Shown here piece after piece: positions 1 through 10,182 of a stretch of DNA of 55,437 nucleotides. Numbering within the stretch: the stretch's first letter is position 1; each line of letters opens with the position of its first letter. Made by a program: the position numbers and the translations under genes. This DNA is from a virus (lineage: Duplodnaviria; Caudoviricetes): positions 1 through 55,437 of IMG/VR virus record IMGVR_UViG_3300037755_001185; one strand, given 5' to 3'. A model generated the notes under the pieces. That model saw nothing but the letters and a program-made list of their open reading frames with translations, made no database searches and was not told where the DNA came from.

Positions 1-253
1 ACCGGCCTGGCGAGTCCACGCACGTCCACAGGTTCGGGCGATAAACAGACCATGAATTGTTCGCGCCCATCGTGACGATGCCGCGTGTGTTCAGTTGCGT
101 AAGGTCGTGTTCTGCCAGGGATGGTCCCGAGAGCACGAGGAACGCGCTGCGCCCGCAATAGAAGTTCGAGAGCGAGACGCTGTCGAAGTCGGTCGTGTAG
201 AGCCGCACCCCACTCTTTGCGGGTCGTTTCAAATGTAAGCCAGCCTGCAATGC
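1..253 (-). repeat. Inverted near-identical copy of 54647-54899 (part of the Maf/CstII-like gene)
   Basis: Reverse complement of 1-253 aligns without gaps to 54647-54899; 4 mismatches counted by eye. Confidence 0.95.
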
Positions 254-1270
254 CCGTCCGGGTCCGTCTGGTCCAGGAACATCGTCTCGGCCTGCGTCAG
301 CGCGTCGATGCCGAGCGCGGTCCCCGCGCCGTCGGCGTAGTTGTTGTTCCCGGCCACGAAGAACGCCGCGTTGCTCAGGAACTCGGCCCAGAAGACGTCG
401 TTGAGCTTCAGAGCGCCGCCACGACCAAGCCGGCGCGGGACGGCGGTGAGCGCATCGAGGTCGTCATTGATCAGATCCCGGCGGTCGATGCCGAACATCC
501 GGCCGTACGTCTTTGCCTGGTTCGTGTACGCCGTCTCGCCGACCGTTGCGTGCTTCAGCTCGCCGCCGGGCGCGATCTCCTCGTAGACGAAGCCGCCCGT
601 GAGCGAATAGCTGGAGACCTGCTTGAAGTCGCGGACCGAGCGGATGGCCGCGATGTCACGCCACGAGGATTCGACGGCTTCGAAGCCCGCGCGCAGGAAC
701 TTGTTTGCCACGTTCGAGAGGATGCCCGGCAGGCTCATCGTGCTGAAACCGCCCCCGCCCCCGCCCCCGGCTGCCTGCACATCGGTGAACGCGAACTGAA
801 GGAGGCTCTTGAGATCGCTCCGTCCGAAGCCGCGGTAGCCGTTGGCCTGCGCGAAGATCAGCAGCGTCTCGCAGAGACCCAGGCCGTGCCGGTACTCGCG
901 GCTGGCGGCGTCGAGCGTGCGCTCGTTGAACTGGGCTTCGAGCGACTGGGTCTCCAGTCCGCCGGCGATGCACAGCGCGGCCTCGATGATCGAGCCCTCG
1001 ATGCGCTCGCTCTGCGGGCGCGGTCCGCCAACACCCTCGTAGGAGCGGCCGATTCGCAGGAACTCAAGTTGGAGCTTCTCGGGCTTCCATCCGGCTTCAA
1101 GCGCGGCGTGCGCGAGCCGGCCGAGATCGTCAGCCAATTCCGGGCGCTGCGCGAGCACCTCGGCGGTCATCGCCTGGATGCGCTGTCGGCGATCGGACTC
1201 CGCCCGGGCGCGAGCAGTGATCTGGTCGATCTCGGCAGCGGGATCGCTCGCGGCGATGTTGCTGTTGCGA
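254..1270 (-). pseudogene. Internal fragment of a paralogous major capsid gene
   Basis: Translation (NIAASDPAAEIDQIT...ETMFLDQTDPDGH) closely matches the capsid at about 44590-45590; both ends missing; extra poly-Gly. Confidence 0.9.
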
Positions 1271-1289
1271 TCGCGCCTCCCGAGGCGCG

Positions 1290-1432
1290 CTCCGACTCGG
1301 CCGACAACGCCGTCCCTGCAGGAATGAAGGACGAGGACGATGACACAGAAGACTGATGTCCCCGACATCCCCGGAATCCTCGCGATCGACTGCGAAGTCG
1401 CGATCGAAGCTGCGGCGTCATCCACCGACGTG
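1290..1432 (+). pseudogene. Fragment of a portal 3' end / capsid 5' start junction, inverted relative to the adjacent capsid fragment
   Basis: AVPAGMKDEDDDTED* / MTQKTDVPDIPGILAIDCEVAIEAAASST matches APVPAGTKDEHDDDDTRGN* / MTTTPEATELPDILAMDCEVAIEAAAPST at about 43870-44005. Confidence 0.85.
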
Positions 1433-1882
1433 GGCGACGGCGCTGAGCGATCGGTACACGACGCCGTCGAACTCAAAGCCGTCCGGCAGGATGGTCACGT
1501 GGTACTCGTGTCCCTTGAACACCCGCGTCAGCACGGTGCCGGGCGGCGGGATGCGTTCGTCGTGCCGGACCGCCATGGTGCCGGTGACGACGATGCCGTT
1601 TTGATCCCGCGCGATGGGAGCGAGAGGCGGCCGGAGCCGGAGGTCGGCGTCGCGGGCGAGTTCGTGCGCTCGCTCGCGGGAACGCTCGATCGCCCGCGTG
1701 GCCAGGTCGCCTTCGGCGATCGCTTGGATGCGCCAGGCGACGCGCCGCAGTAGCCACTGGCGATTGCCGGACCGCGCTGGTTCGTCGAACACCTCGGCGT
1801 AGCGCCGTTGGAGTTGCCCGACCGACATGCGGTCGAGCACGGCGATCTGCTGTTTCACGTTCTCCGTCGTGATCTCCGTCAT
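1418..1882 (-). pseudogene. DUF2924 family protein, C-terminally truncated
   Basis: QLQRRYAEVF..RRVAWRIQAIAEGDL..PPPGTVLTRVFKG..GFEFDGVVYRSLSAVA; the usual ITG..WNG..FF tail is replaced at the junction near 1430. Confidence 0.8.
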
Positions 1883-2160
1883 GCTTGCTCTCCGACCTTG
1901 GGCTCGTTCCGATCGGGCGGGACCCGGGGGTCGCCCGTGTGGACACTGAGCCTCGAGGTCGCAGAGAGTGCAAGTCCATCAACGGCAGAATCTTCGGAGT
2001 CGGCCGATTCGGCGGGAGGTTCCGCGCGAAGTGCGATCGACCGGGCGATTCCGGTGGCGATCAGCCCGGCAAGTTCCCGGTGCCGTTCGGTTGCCGACAT
2101 GCGGTCGGCGCGCAATGATGCCGTGCGCGGCGTCGCCGCGGTGCGTGTGCGTCCCTGCAT
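1879..2160 (-). CDS. Small hypothetical protein of the type usually found upstream of DUF2924
   Basis: ERHRELAGLIATGIAR..LALSATSRLSV; ATGA overlap with DUF2924. Confidence 0.6.
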   Translation of the reverse strand: MQGRTRTAATPRTASLRADRMSATERHRELAGLIATGIARSIALRAEPPAESADSEDSAVDGLALSATSRLSVHTGDPRVPPDRNEPKVGEQA

Positions 2161-2438
2161 TGATGTGCCCTCGTGTCCGCTGCTGTAAACGGGTGGGTTG
2201 CTACCCGCCTATATCTGCAGCCGGGCGGAGGTTGTCGCATGGATGCTCAGAACAAGCCGCCTTGATCATGAACGAAGAGGGCGGCGGCGCGGTCACTCGC
2301 ATTGCGGCACCGGCATCATCGCAGGCGCCGGGGCGCCGATCGCCATGCCCGTCGCCGTCGCCGCCCTGGCTTGCTCTCCAAGGGATCTACGACACCATTT
2401 GATGTGAGCTGGTCCTTCTGCTGCATTTGCTGCACCCG

Positions 2439-4196
2439 TCATGGGGCCACTTCGAAACCCCAATCCACCCAAGTCTGCGAGTGCTTATCGAAGTGTCCCG
2501 GTGGCAATGCGATTACGAGTAGATGCCGTGCGCGGGTCATTGCCACATACGCCAGACGTCGATCCTCCGAGTTGTCTTCTCCTTGCACCGCCTCCATCAC
2601 AGAATTCCAGAATCGCGTACTGCCGATGACAAGCACCGCGTCAATGCTCTCGCCCTTCACTTGGTGAATCGTGTCCTGGCGCACGGACGGAAACTCATCG
2701 ACCGACTCGAAGAGGGGCAGCGCCTTCTGTCCGGCGGAGAGCCCCGTTGCTTTGATCTGTTGCCCGAGCTTTACATCGCACTGCAAGCCCATCTCGTCGA
2801 TCAAGCTCGCCAAATGCGTTCGCATGGAGGCGATCCATGCATCGCCAAGGTGGGATACCGGGGTGAGTCGGTCCGGGTCTTTGACAAACTTCCAGATTGC
2901 CAATGCCACAGCCATGCGCTCGGGCGCATTTGTGTCGGCATTGATGCGCTCCCACACTGGATCGTCACCCGTAAGTTCTCGCACGATACGTTCGACGCTC
3001 TGGAAGGCCCCGCGGTAGTCGCGCTGGGAATCACGAAGAAACGCAGCTGTCGCCAACTCCTTCGTCTTGCCTTTGAGGTTGGTGTAGTTCACCTTCCCAC
3101 GCAGAGATTCAAGCTGTCCGTGCGCTCGGCAGACGACAGCAGCAGAGTCGATGCTCACTTCGGCTTGATCTGTGAGACGTTGGAGAGCCGCTACGCCATC
3201 GGAGAATGTCTTCGATGTCTCTTTGATCACAAATGCCCGGCGCCATTCGTTTGCTCCATCACCAGACCCGGTGAAACATGCGTTCCCGCCCACGTTACGG
3301 ACGGCAGCAGCGATCTGGTTATTGCAACGAAACGACTGACTCAGAGGCTTCTCTGGAATGGACCACTTCTCCTTGAGGTTTGGCAACGAAGTAGCGTCCG
3401 CCATGCTGAATTCGTAGATGCACTGATCCGGGTCACCGATGAGCGTAATCCGAGTGCCCTTGTCTCTTAGGAAGTTCAAGAGGACAAGCAACCACGCATT
3501 CGAGTCCTGCGCTTCATCAACGATAATCTCGGGGAAGCGCCTGGCGAGCAGCCCTGCGATGTGAGGCCTCTTGAACAGAAGCGTGCATGCCCAGAACACG
3601 CGCTGGGCGTGCGTATAGAAGCCAAGAGATAGAAGCTCCTGGACAGGATCGTTGGCACCGGCAATGGGCTGGTTCCCAAAAGTGTGTGAGGTCTTGAAGC
3701 GGCACTTGGTGCCTTCCGGATAGGGGATGATCTCCCATGCCGGAACGGGGATCTTCCGATTGCCCTTGCCGTCCCTCCACGCATGCAGTGCCTTGTTCTT
3801 CCAGTCACCTGGGCGCGGACCCGGGAACAGCTTGGGCCGCCTATTCGCTCCAGTGATAAGATGGCCGAACGGTGCGAGAATGTAGCGTTCGACGAACGAG
3901 TCGAACGTGCCGACGTAGTTGGGGTCGGAGAGGAGGTCCCTACGCCCCACTTCGATAGTGGCGGCCTTGAACTCGCGGATGGCGGCATTTGTGAACGACA
4001 GGAGGGCGAGTCCGCCGACAGGGTGAGGCCAGTTGGCTGCCCTCCAGATGAAGCGGCGACATGAGGTCCACGTCTTACCACTTCCGGGGGATGCACGCAG
4101 AAGGAACTCCAACTCCTCCGCGAAGATCGCGTCGCGCTGTTGGTCCGTCGGATTCTGGGCGCGTATCGCATCCCGTAGTTCTTCAGTCGATCGCAT
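2439..4196 (-). CDS. gajB: UvrD/Rep-like helicase, Gabija GajB-like
   Basis: ASPGSGKT Walker A, IIVDEAQD, GDPDQCIYEF, TIHQVKGES, YVAMTRAR; ATG at 4196 with GAGGAGG RBS, overlapping the gajA end. Confidence 0.8.
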   Translation of the reverse strand: MRSTEELRDAIRAQNPTDQQRDAIFAEELEFLLRASPGSGKTWTSCRRFIWRAANWPHPVGGLALLSFTNAAIREFKAATIEVGRRDLLSDPNYVGTFDSFVERYILAPFGHLITGANRRPKLFPGPRPGDWKNKALHAWRDGKGNRKIPVPAWEIIPYPEGTKCRFKTSHTFGNQPIAGANDPVQELLSLGFYTHAQRVFWACTLLFKRPHIAGLLARRFPEIIVDEAQDSNAWLLVLLNFLRDKGTRITLIGDPDQCIYEFSMADATSLPNLKEKWSIPEKPLSQSFRCNNQIAAAVRNVGGNACFTGSGDGANEWRRAFVIKETSKTFSDGVAALQRLTDQAEVSIDSAAVVCRAHGQLESLRGKVNYTNLKGKTKELATAAFLRDSQRDYRGAFQSVERIVRELTGDDPVWERINADTNAPERMAVALAIWKFVKDPDRLTPVSHLGDAWIASMRTHLASLIDEMGLQCDVKLGQQIKATGLSAGQKALPLFESVDEFPSVRQDTIHQVKGESIDAVLVIGSTRFWNSVMEAVQGEDNSEDRRLAYVAMTRARHLLVIALPPGHFDKHSQTWVDWGFEVAP

Positions 4197-5892
4197 CGTC
4201 CGCCTCCTCAGCGAGTACCCCCAGGTACTTGAGGGCGTCGCGGATGTACTTGGGTACAGCGTTCGGCGCGAGTCCAGTGTCCTCCAAGATCGCTGCAAAC
4301 TCCTGCGCAAACCGACCCTTCGATACTTTTGTGGCCAGGAACAGCTCTAGGAACTTGCTCGCTTTGTCGTCTGGCGCATCAACTGCTTCTAGCGCGGCCT
4401 CGAGCTCGACTCCCTTCCTTGGATGAAGCACCTTGAACGCCGCAGTCATGTGCGGCAGCATGGCGGCGGAGCGAGCGAGTTCATGCTCGAAGGTAATCGT
4501 TGACATCTCGACTCGCAGGTTGCGCACATTTGCTTCCTGGTCCTTCAATCCTTTTGCTGTGTCCGATGGCTTCTCTCCGACCTCGGCCGCGTCACCGTCT
4601 GTGAGAATGACGACCGGCACACGAAGCCGGTCCTCTCCAAACAAGGGAATGAACGCGTTGAAGTTGATCCCGTCTGCGTTCAACACGGTCACGGCCGACT
4701 TTTTCAGATTGCCACCGGCTATTCTGGTCAACACAGGAAGCAGCAGCGCCTCTGCAATCCCCTCGACCATCAGAATGCGCCTTGCGAAGAACAACTCGCC
4801 GCGCGTCGCGTCGAGATACCGCTGCAGCTTCTTCTTGATCTTGTCCTCAATGCCAATCATGCAGACCGACACGGCGGACACCTTGTTGTAAGCCTCGTGC
4901 ACCGACACGACAGAATCGATCGGGGCTTGGCTCGCCAGGATGGGAGAGTGGCTGCTGGCGATGACCTGCACCTCGTTGCCTTCTTGATTGCTGGCGACCT
5001 CCGCCAAATGCCTGAGAAGGAGCATCTGCAATTGTGGATGCAGGTGCGCTTCGGGCTCCTCAACGAGGATTGATCGGAATGAGAACTGGGCGCTCCGGCG
5101 GAGTGTGCCCAGAGTCGCCGATGTGAAGATCAGGTTGTTGTAGCCGAGCCCATTGAGCGCGAACGGGAGCCCATCAATCTGAGGCTGCAATCCCGCGATG
5201 ATGCGCCGGAAGGTCGGGTCAGTGAAGATCAACTCGGTCTTTTGAGCGAGCTCGCCACCGGCGATAGCAGTCATCTGCGCATTGATATCGCCTCTGGCAT
5301 CTTCGACCGGCTTCAGTTTACGGATCTCCTCGTTTGCTCTCTTGGCGATCACTTCGAAATCCGCGTGTTGTTCCTCCTTAGTGAGGCATTCGATGAGCCG
5401 GGACACCTGCGAGTGTTGACCGGGTCGCAGGCCTCGTTCTGGGTCACGGAGCGGCTGCAAATAGATCGTCGCAACTCGGTCGTAGTGATTCGATGGAAGT
5501 GAACCGCCTTCCGTTTCGCCTCCCCACATTTTCACATTGCAGCGGTTCGTCGTCTTATTGAACTCGACACGGGCATTGACCTGCACTTCGAACTTGCCAT
5601 CACCAATATCGACGAGGCACTCTTGGAAGTGGACTTCGTCATCGTCCTCGAGTCCAGTGAACCTACAGGAGATTTCGATTGGTGCGTGCTCGGTTCCGGC
5701 CCGGAAGTCATCCTCGGTCAGCCGGAGAGACTCGAAGTCCCGGCTTGAGAACAACATGAGGCGGAGTGCATCGATGATCGTCGTCTTGCCAGAGTTGTTC
5801 TCCCCGACCAGCACTGTCAGCCCGCGCGGGAAGCTCACGGTTAGCTCGTCGATCTTCCGGAAGTTGTGTATCTGCAGTTCACGTAGCCACAT
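4183..5892 (-). CDS. gajA: OLD-family ABC-ATPase/TOPRIM nuclease, Gabija GajA-like
   Basis: GENNSGKTT, VEEPEAHLHPQLQ, FFARRILMVEGIAE, LTDGD; directly upstream of the UvrD gene. Confidence 0.85.
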   Translation of the reverse strand: MWLRELQIHNFRKIDELTVSFPRGLTVLVGENNSGKTTIIDALRLMLFSSRDFESLRLTEDDFRAGTEHAPIEISCRFTGLEDDDEVHFQECLVDIGDGKFEVQVNARVEFNKTTNRCNVKMWGGETEGGSLPSNHYDRVATIYLQPLRDPERGLRPGQHSQVSRLIECLTKEEQHADFEVIAKRANEEIRKLKPVEDARGDINAQMTAIAGGELAQKTELIFTDPTFRRIIAGLQPQIDGLPFALNGLGYNNLIFTSATLGTLRRSAQFSFRSILVEEPEAHLHPQLQMLLLRHLAEVASNQEGNEVQVIASSHSPILASQAPIDSVVSVHEAYNKVSAVSVCMIGIEDKIKKKLQRYLDATRGELFFARRILMVEGIAEALLLPVLTRIAGGNLKKSAVTVLNADGINFNAFIPLFGEDRLRVPVVILTDGDAAEVGEKPSDTAKGLKDQEANVRNLRVEMSTITFEHELARSAAMLPHMTAAFKVLHPRKGVELEAALEAVDAPDDKASKFLELFLATKVSKGRFAQEFAAILEDTGLAPNAVPKYIRDALKYLGVLAEEADDAID

Positions 5893-6691
5893 CTATGTCC
5901 TCCGTTCTACCGTCGATACTCATGCTGTCACCGCCTTTCGTTGCTTTCCGAGTAGCGGCGTCTGCGAGGACGCTGTCGACCGCTCGGGGGAACGGATACA
6001 CCGCCTGCTTGTGCGCATGGCTATTGAAGCTCAGGCTCTTCGCGCGAGCGTGCCCAAGCTGCCGCAGGCTGCTGAAGATCGCAGCCGCAGCTCCTTCTTC
6101 CGCGTTGATCGCGCGGAACTCGTGCTTGGCGCAATGCCGAGGCATACCGCGTGACGCATCCACACACTCAAGAATCGCACGTTCGAATTTGGTGAAGTGC
6201 ATCGGATCGGTTCGTCCAGCGGGGCCAACTACGAAGGACGTCACGATCCGGCCCCCGATCGTACAAACGTGTAAACGGAGAGCGTGAGAGCGCGAGAGTC
6301 CGGGCGGGTTCGGCCCGGATTCGGGGCGTTCTGATCGGGCCCCTCGGCTCTCCGTCCAAAGCCGAGAGCGCGAAACCCTCGCGGCGGGGTCGCCAAGGGG
6401 CCAATCTGCGCCGCTCGCTCTGTAAACGACACGGCCCCCGTCGCCTTTGACGGAGGCCGGGAACTCCCCAGAACGAACCCTCTTCGAACCGCTCTCGGAT
6501 CGTCCATCCGGTTTACCAGAGGTCCAGCATACGTCATCGCTGTTAAAGATGTTGGCGATCTGAGATCGCAGATGCCCACAAGGTGGGAAAATCCGCCAAA
6601 TACTGCTAATGTCTGCTCAACCCCGTCGCCTTCGAACACTGGACAGGCACGGCGGTTTGGCGAATGGAACGGGCTTGCTCAGGAGATGATC

Positions 6692-6940
6692 ATGGCGGCG
6701 CCATCCGAGGACATCATGACGATCGAGGCTCTCGCGGCGTATCTGCAGATCTCGAAGTCCACACTCTACAAGCTGGTCCAGGACGGCAGACTGCCCGGCC
6801 AGAAGGTCGGCAAGCGGTGGCGATTCCACAAGGAGGCGATCGACCAGTGGCTGAAACAGCACCCTGACGGTGTGAGGGAGACCGCATCTGAGAAGCCGAG
6901 GGACTCACCCAACTGGAAGCGGGAAGGAGCAGACGAATGA
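6692..6940 (+). CDS. Excisionase-like HTH (HTH_17) regulator heading the defence operon
   Basis: MTIEALAAYLQISKSTLYKLVQDGRLPGQKVGKRWRFHKEAIDQWL; AGGAG RBS. Confidence 0.85.
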   Translation: MAAPSEDIMTIEALAAYLQISKSTLYKLVQDGRLPGQKVGKRWRFHKEAIDQWLKQHPDGVRETASEKPRDSPNWKREGADE

Positions 6941-7095
6941 GCGATGCGAAACTCTTCCGAGTGGCCAGCCAGTATTGGGCGCATGCTTTGACCCTTCGCG
7001 GGTCCGGTGCCGACATCGCTGCGTTGTCGAGATCGATCGCCTACGCACAGGTTGAAACCCGAACACTGTTCACCATTCGCTGGAGGCTGCAATGA
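6937..7095 (+). pseudogene. 52-aa internally deleted SNF2 remnant (N-terminus fused to C-terminus), reading frame intact
   Basis: MSDAKLFRVASQYWAHALTLRGSGADIAALSRSIAYAQVETRTLFTIRWRLQ matches the SNF2 start (10478-10567) and end (13287-13316). Confidence 0.85.
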
Positions 7096-8324
7096 GCGAG
7101 ACCAACATCGTCGTGCATGATCTGCAACGCCAAGTGGGATACCTCCAGCAATGCCTATCCAGCGACAAGAAGCCCATTGGCCTCTTTCTTGGAGCGGGAT
7201 GCCCGATGGCGGTGCGGACGGGTACCGATGTGAAGCAGCCGCTTATCCCCGATATTGCCGGAATCACCAAGATAGTCTGTGACGAGTTGGCGAAGTGCAA
7301 CGAGTGCGGTCCTCTGCTCACCACCGTACAGGGGCACTTCACAAAGGACGGACGCAGCAGTTCGACCATCGAGGACATACTTACTCATATCCGTGCGCTT
7401 CGGGCCGTCGCGGGCCAAGACGACGTGCGTGGGTTGTCCGCCCAGAATCTTGACCAGTTGGACGAAGGCGTGTGCAGGCTGATCCACCAGGTCGCCGATA
7501 AGACGCTCCCTAATGCTGAGACGCCATACCACCGGATCGCCGCGTGGGTCGACGCTGTACGCCGTGAGAATCCAATCGAGGTATTCACCACTAACTATGA
7601 CCTGCTCATGGAGCAGGCCTTCGAGGATTGCTGCGTGCCCTACTTTGACGGCTTTGCTGGGGTGCGGAAGCCGTTCTTCGATCTTCGAGCGATGGAAGAG
7701 GACATGCTTCCTCCTCGATGGGCACGGCTATGGAAGCTGCATGGGTCCGTCAACTGGTATCAGGTCGCCAACAAGGGCGTGTTTCGCGGAACGACCTCAA
7801 ACGATGGCGATCTGAAGCGAGTGATCCATCCGTCGCACCTGAAGTATCAGGAAAGCAGGCGGATGCCGTATCTCGCCATGATCGACCGGCTGCGAGCATT
7901 CTTGAAACAGCCCACCGCCACGCTCATCATCTGCGGGTATTCCTTCCGGGATGAACATATCAACGAGGTCATCGTTCAGGGACTGCAATGCACGCAGACC
8001 GCCGTCGCCTTTGCGCTGATGTTCGACAAAGCCTCCATGTGCTCACAGGCGATCCCACTGGCAGCCAATCGCCCCAATCTGAACGTTCTCGCGCGGGACG
8101 GTGGAGTAATCGCAGGCAAGGAATCCATCTGGCCGGAGAACGACGCTGAGGCGGTGTCATCAGACACAGGGCGGTGGGTAACGTGGATGCCCGTAGACCC
8201 GGCGAACGACAAGGTCAAATGGCGGGCCGAGTTCGCACTTGGGGACTTCGCTGTCTTTGGGCAGTTCCTTCAGGAGGTGGTTGGCGTGGTCCGACAGGCA
8301 ATGGAGGTGCCCAGTGGCAAGTAG
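7092..8324 (+). CDS. SIR2-like (SIR2_2) NADase of a SIR2-HerA defence system
   Basis: FLGAGC, FTTNYDLLME, KLHGSVNW, CGYSFRDEHIN. Confidence 0.9.
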   Translation: MSETNIVVHDLQRQVGYLQQCLSSDKKPIGLFLGAGCPMAVRTGTDVKQPLIPDIAGITKIVCDELAKCNECGPLLTTVQGHFTKDGRSSSTIEDILTHIRALRAVAGQDDVRGLSAQNLDQLDEGVCRLIHQVADKTLPNAETPYHRIAAWVDAVRRENPIEVFTTNYDLLMEQAFEDCCVPYFDGFAGVRKPFFDLRAMEEDMLPPRWARLWKLHGSVNWYQVANKGVFRGTTSNDGDLKRVIHPSHLKYQESRRMPYLAMIDRLRAFLKQPTATLIICGYSFRDEHINEVIVQGLQCTQTAVAFALMFDKASMCSQAIPLAANRPNLNVLARDGGVIAGKESIWPENDAEAVSSDTGRWVTWMPVDPANDKVKWRAEFALGDFAVFGQFLQEVVGVVRQAMEVPSGK

Positions 8325-10182
8325 TCCAACCTATCTGGGGACCGTGCAAGACGTCCAGGGAGCGACGATCAGCATCGCCCTCGACAAGGACACAGTGTCT
8401 GGGTTGGCCTTTATCGATGGGCACGGATACCGCATTGGCCAGATTGGCAGCTTTGTTCGCATCGGGATTGGATTTGTCGACCTCTTCGGAATCGTGTCGC
8501 AAGTCGGCGCTGGAGCTGTTCCCGAAGCCTTGGCCAAGGTCGAACCGTACGGTTATCGTTGGCTGAAGGTTCAGCTCGTTGGCGAGGGTCAGCGATCAGG
8601 TGAGTTCAAGCGCGGAATTTCCCAGTATCCAACCATCGGCGATGAGGCCCACCTTGTAACTGAGCAGGACTTGACCCGTATTTATGGCAGGCCAGACGCA
8701 CCGAACTTCGTCCGGATAGGCAACCTCGCAAGTGCGGAGTCCATCCCAGCCCTGGTGGATATTGATCGGCTCATCACCCGCCACAGCGCTGTCGTCGGCA
8801 CGACTGGCGCGGGCAAATCCACCACGGTTGCCAATCTTCTTGCCGCGCTCTCTGATCCCGACCGGTTTCCATCGTCGCGCATCATCGTTCTCGACATCCA
8901 CGGCGAGTACCACGCCGCGTTGAGTGATCGGGCAACGATCTTTCGGGTCAACGCAGATGAGAAACGAGGTGAGCAGCCGCTCTTTATTCCCTACTGGGCG
9001 CTGAGTCTTGACGAGCTTCTTCGTGTTACGCCGTTCCGGGGATTGAGTGATGCCGACCGCGCTGCTCTTGTCGAGAAGATCAAGCAGTTGAAACTGGCTT
9101 CTATTGACGCACAGGCACGCAACGGCGTCACGGCCGACACGATGACCGTGGATACGCCGATTCCGTTCAGCATCCACCGTCTGTGGTATGAGCTGCACCG
9201 CTACGTCTGTTCCACCCATAATGCGCCAGGAGCCAATCAAAGCGATGCCACAGAGGCCATTGAGCCCGGAACGGATGGACAGCCGATGCTCGGCGACATC
9301 ATGAATGTGAATCCGCCGCGATACCGCCCGATTACATCGGGCGGCTCCAACCGCGTCTATCTCAGTGGTGCCCCGCTCAACATCCGCCGCCAGATTCTGG
9401 CCACGGAATCACTTCTGCGGGATACACGGTATGACTTCATGTTTCGGCCTGGCCCTTGGTGTCCCAATCCGACTCTTCAGACTCTTGATGCTCAACCCGC
9501 ACAGGACCTCGATGCGCTGATTAGATCGTGGGTAGGCGGGGACAAGCCCATAACCATTCTCGATCTGTCCGGCGTTCCGGTGTCCATTCTGATGGACCTC
9601 ATTGGCGTGCTCATCCGCCTTCTTTTCGACGCGCTCTTCTGGGCGCGCTACCTTCCCGAAGGCGGTCGAACACGGCCACTACTCTTCGTCCTGGAAGAAG
9701 CACACGCCTATCTCAATGCCGGGAACGAGGGTGCGGCTTCCGCTGCGGCCCGCAGGATTGTCAAGGAAGGCCGGAAGTATGGCCTTGGTGCAATGATCGT
9801 CAGCCAACGGCCAGCCGAAATTGATCCAACCATCCTTTCTCAATGTGGCACGATGTTCGCCATGCGGCTGGCCAACACCACTGACCGTTCCCATGTCACC
9901 GCCACGGTGAGTGACAATCTTGAGGGCCTATTCAACATGCTGCCCACCCTGCGTACCGGCGAAGCCATCATAGTTGGTGAGGCCGTCCATCTGCCCCTGC
10001 GCGCACTGATTGATGCGCCAGCCAAGAACCGTCGACCGGATAGCCACGATCCGAAGATATACGACCCAGATGCCAATGGCGGCTGGAATCGCAAGAAGCA
10101 AGCTGAGGATTACGCTCGCGTCCTTGAGAAGTGGCGAAGCGAGAATGCCCGTTGCACAAACAGTCCTGGAGGTAACCCATGA
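8314..10182 (+). CDS. herA: HerA-family ATPase
   Basis: HAS-barrel-like N-terminus, GTTGAGKS, DIHGEY, LEEAHAY, KEGRKYG, SQRPAE; GTG start with GGAGG RBS. Confidence 0.9.
   Translation: MASSPTYLGTVQDVQGATISIALDKDTVSGLAFIDGHGYRIGQIGSFVRIGIGFVDLFGIVSQVGAGAVPEALAKVEPYGYRWLKVQLVGEGQRSGEFKRGISQYPTIGDEAHLVTEQDLTRIYGRPDAPNFVRIGNLASAESIPALVDIDRLITRHSAVVGTTGAGKSTTVANLLAALSDPDRFPSSRIIVLDIHGEYHAALSDRATIFRVNADEKRGEQPLFIPYWALSLDELLRVTPFRGLSDADRAALVEKIKQLKLASIDAQARNGVTADTMTVDTPIPFSIHRLWYELHRYVCSTHNAPGANQSDATEAIEPGTDGQPMLGDIMNVNPPRYRPITSGGSNRVYLSGAPLNIRRQILATESLLRDTRYDFMFRPGPWCPNPTLQTLDAQPAQDLDALIRSWVGGDKPITILDLSGVPVSILMDLIGVLIRLLFDALFWARYLPEGGRTRPLLFVLEEAHAYLNAGNEGAASAAARRIVKEGRKYGLGAMIVSQRPAEIDPTILSQCGTMFAMRLANTTDRSHVTATVSDNLEGLFNMLPTLRTGEAIIVGEAVHLPLRALIDAPAKNRRPDSHDPKIYDPDANGGWNRKKQAEDYARVLEKWRSENARCTNSPGGNP

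Noticed and set aside
121-1356. 411-aa plus-strand ORF, and the 415-aa minus-strand ORF (229-1476) as a real gene
   Set aside because: The first is the antisense shadow of the capsid fragment; the second is a chance read-through of rearranged fragments with no credible start
5879-6244. 121-aa ORF upstream of gajA
   Set aside because: No recognisable motif or RBS; may be spurious or a decayed remnant
6460-6490. CTCCCCAGAACGAACCCTCTTCGAACC as an att site or tRNA 3' remnant
   Set aside because: Only a GGTTCGAA-like core on the minus strand; no second copy and no tRNA fold
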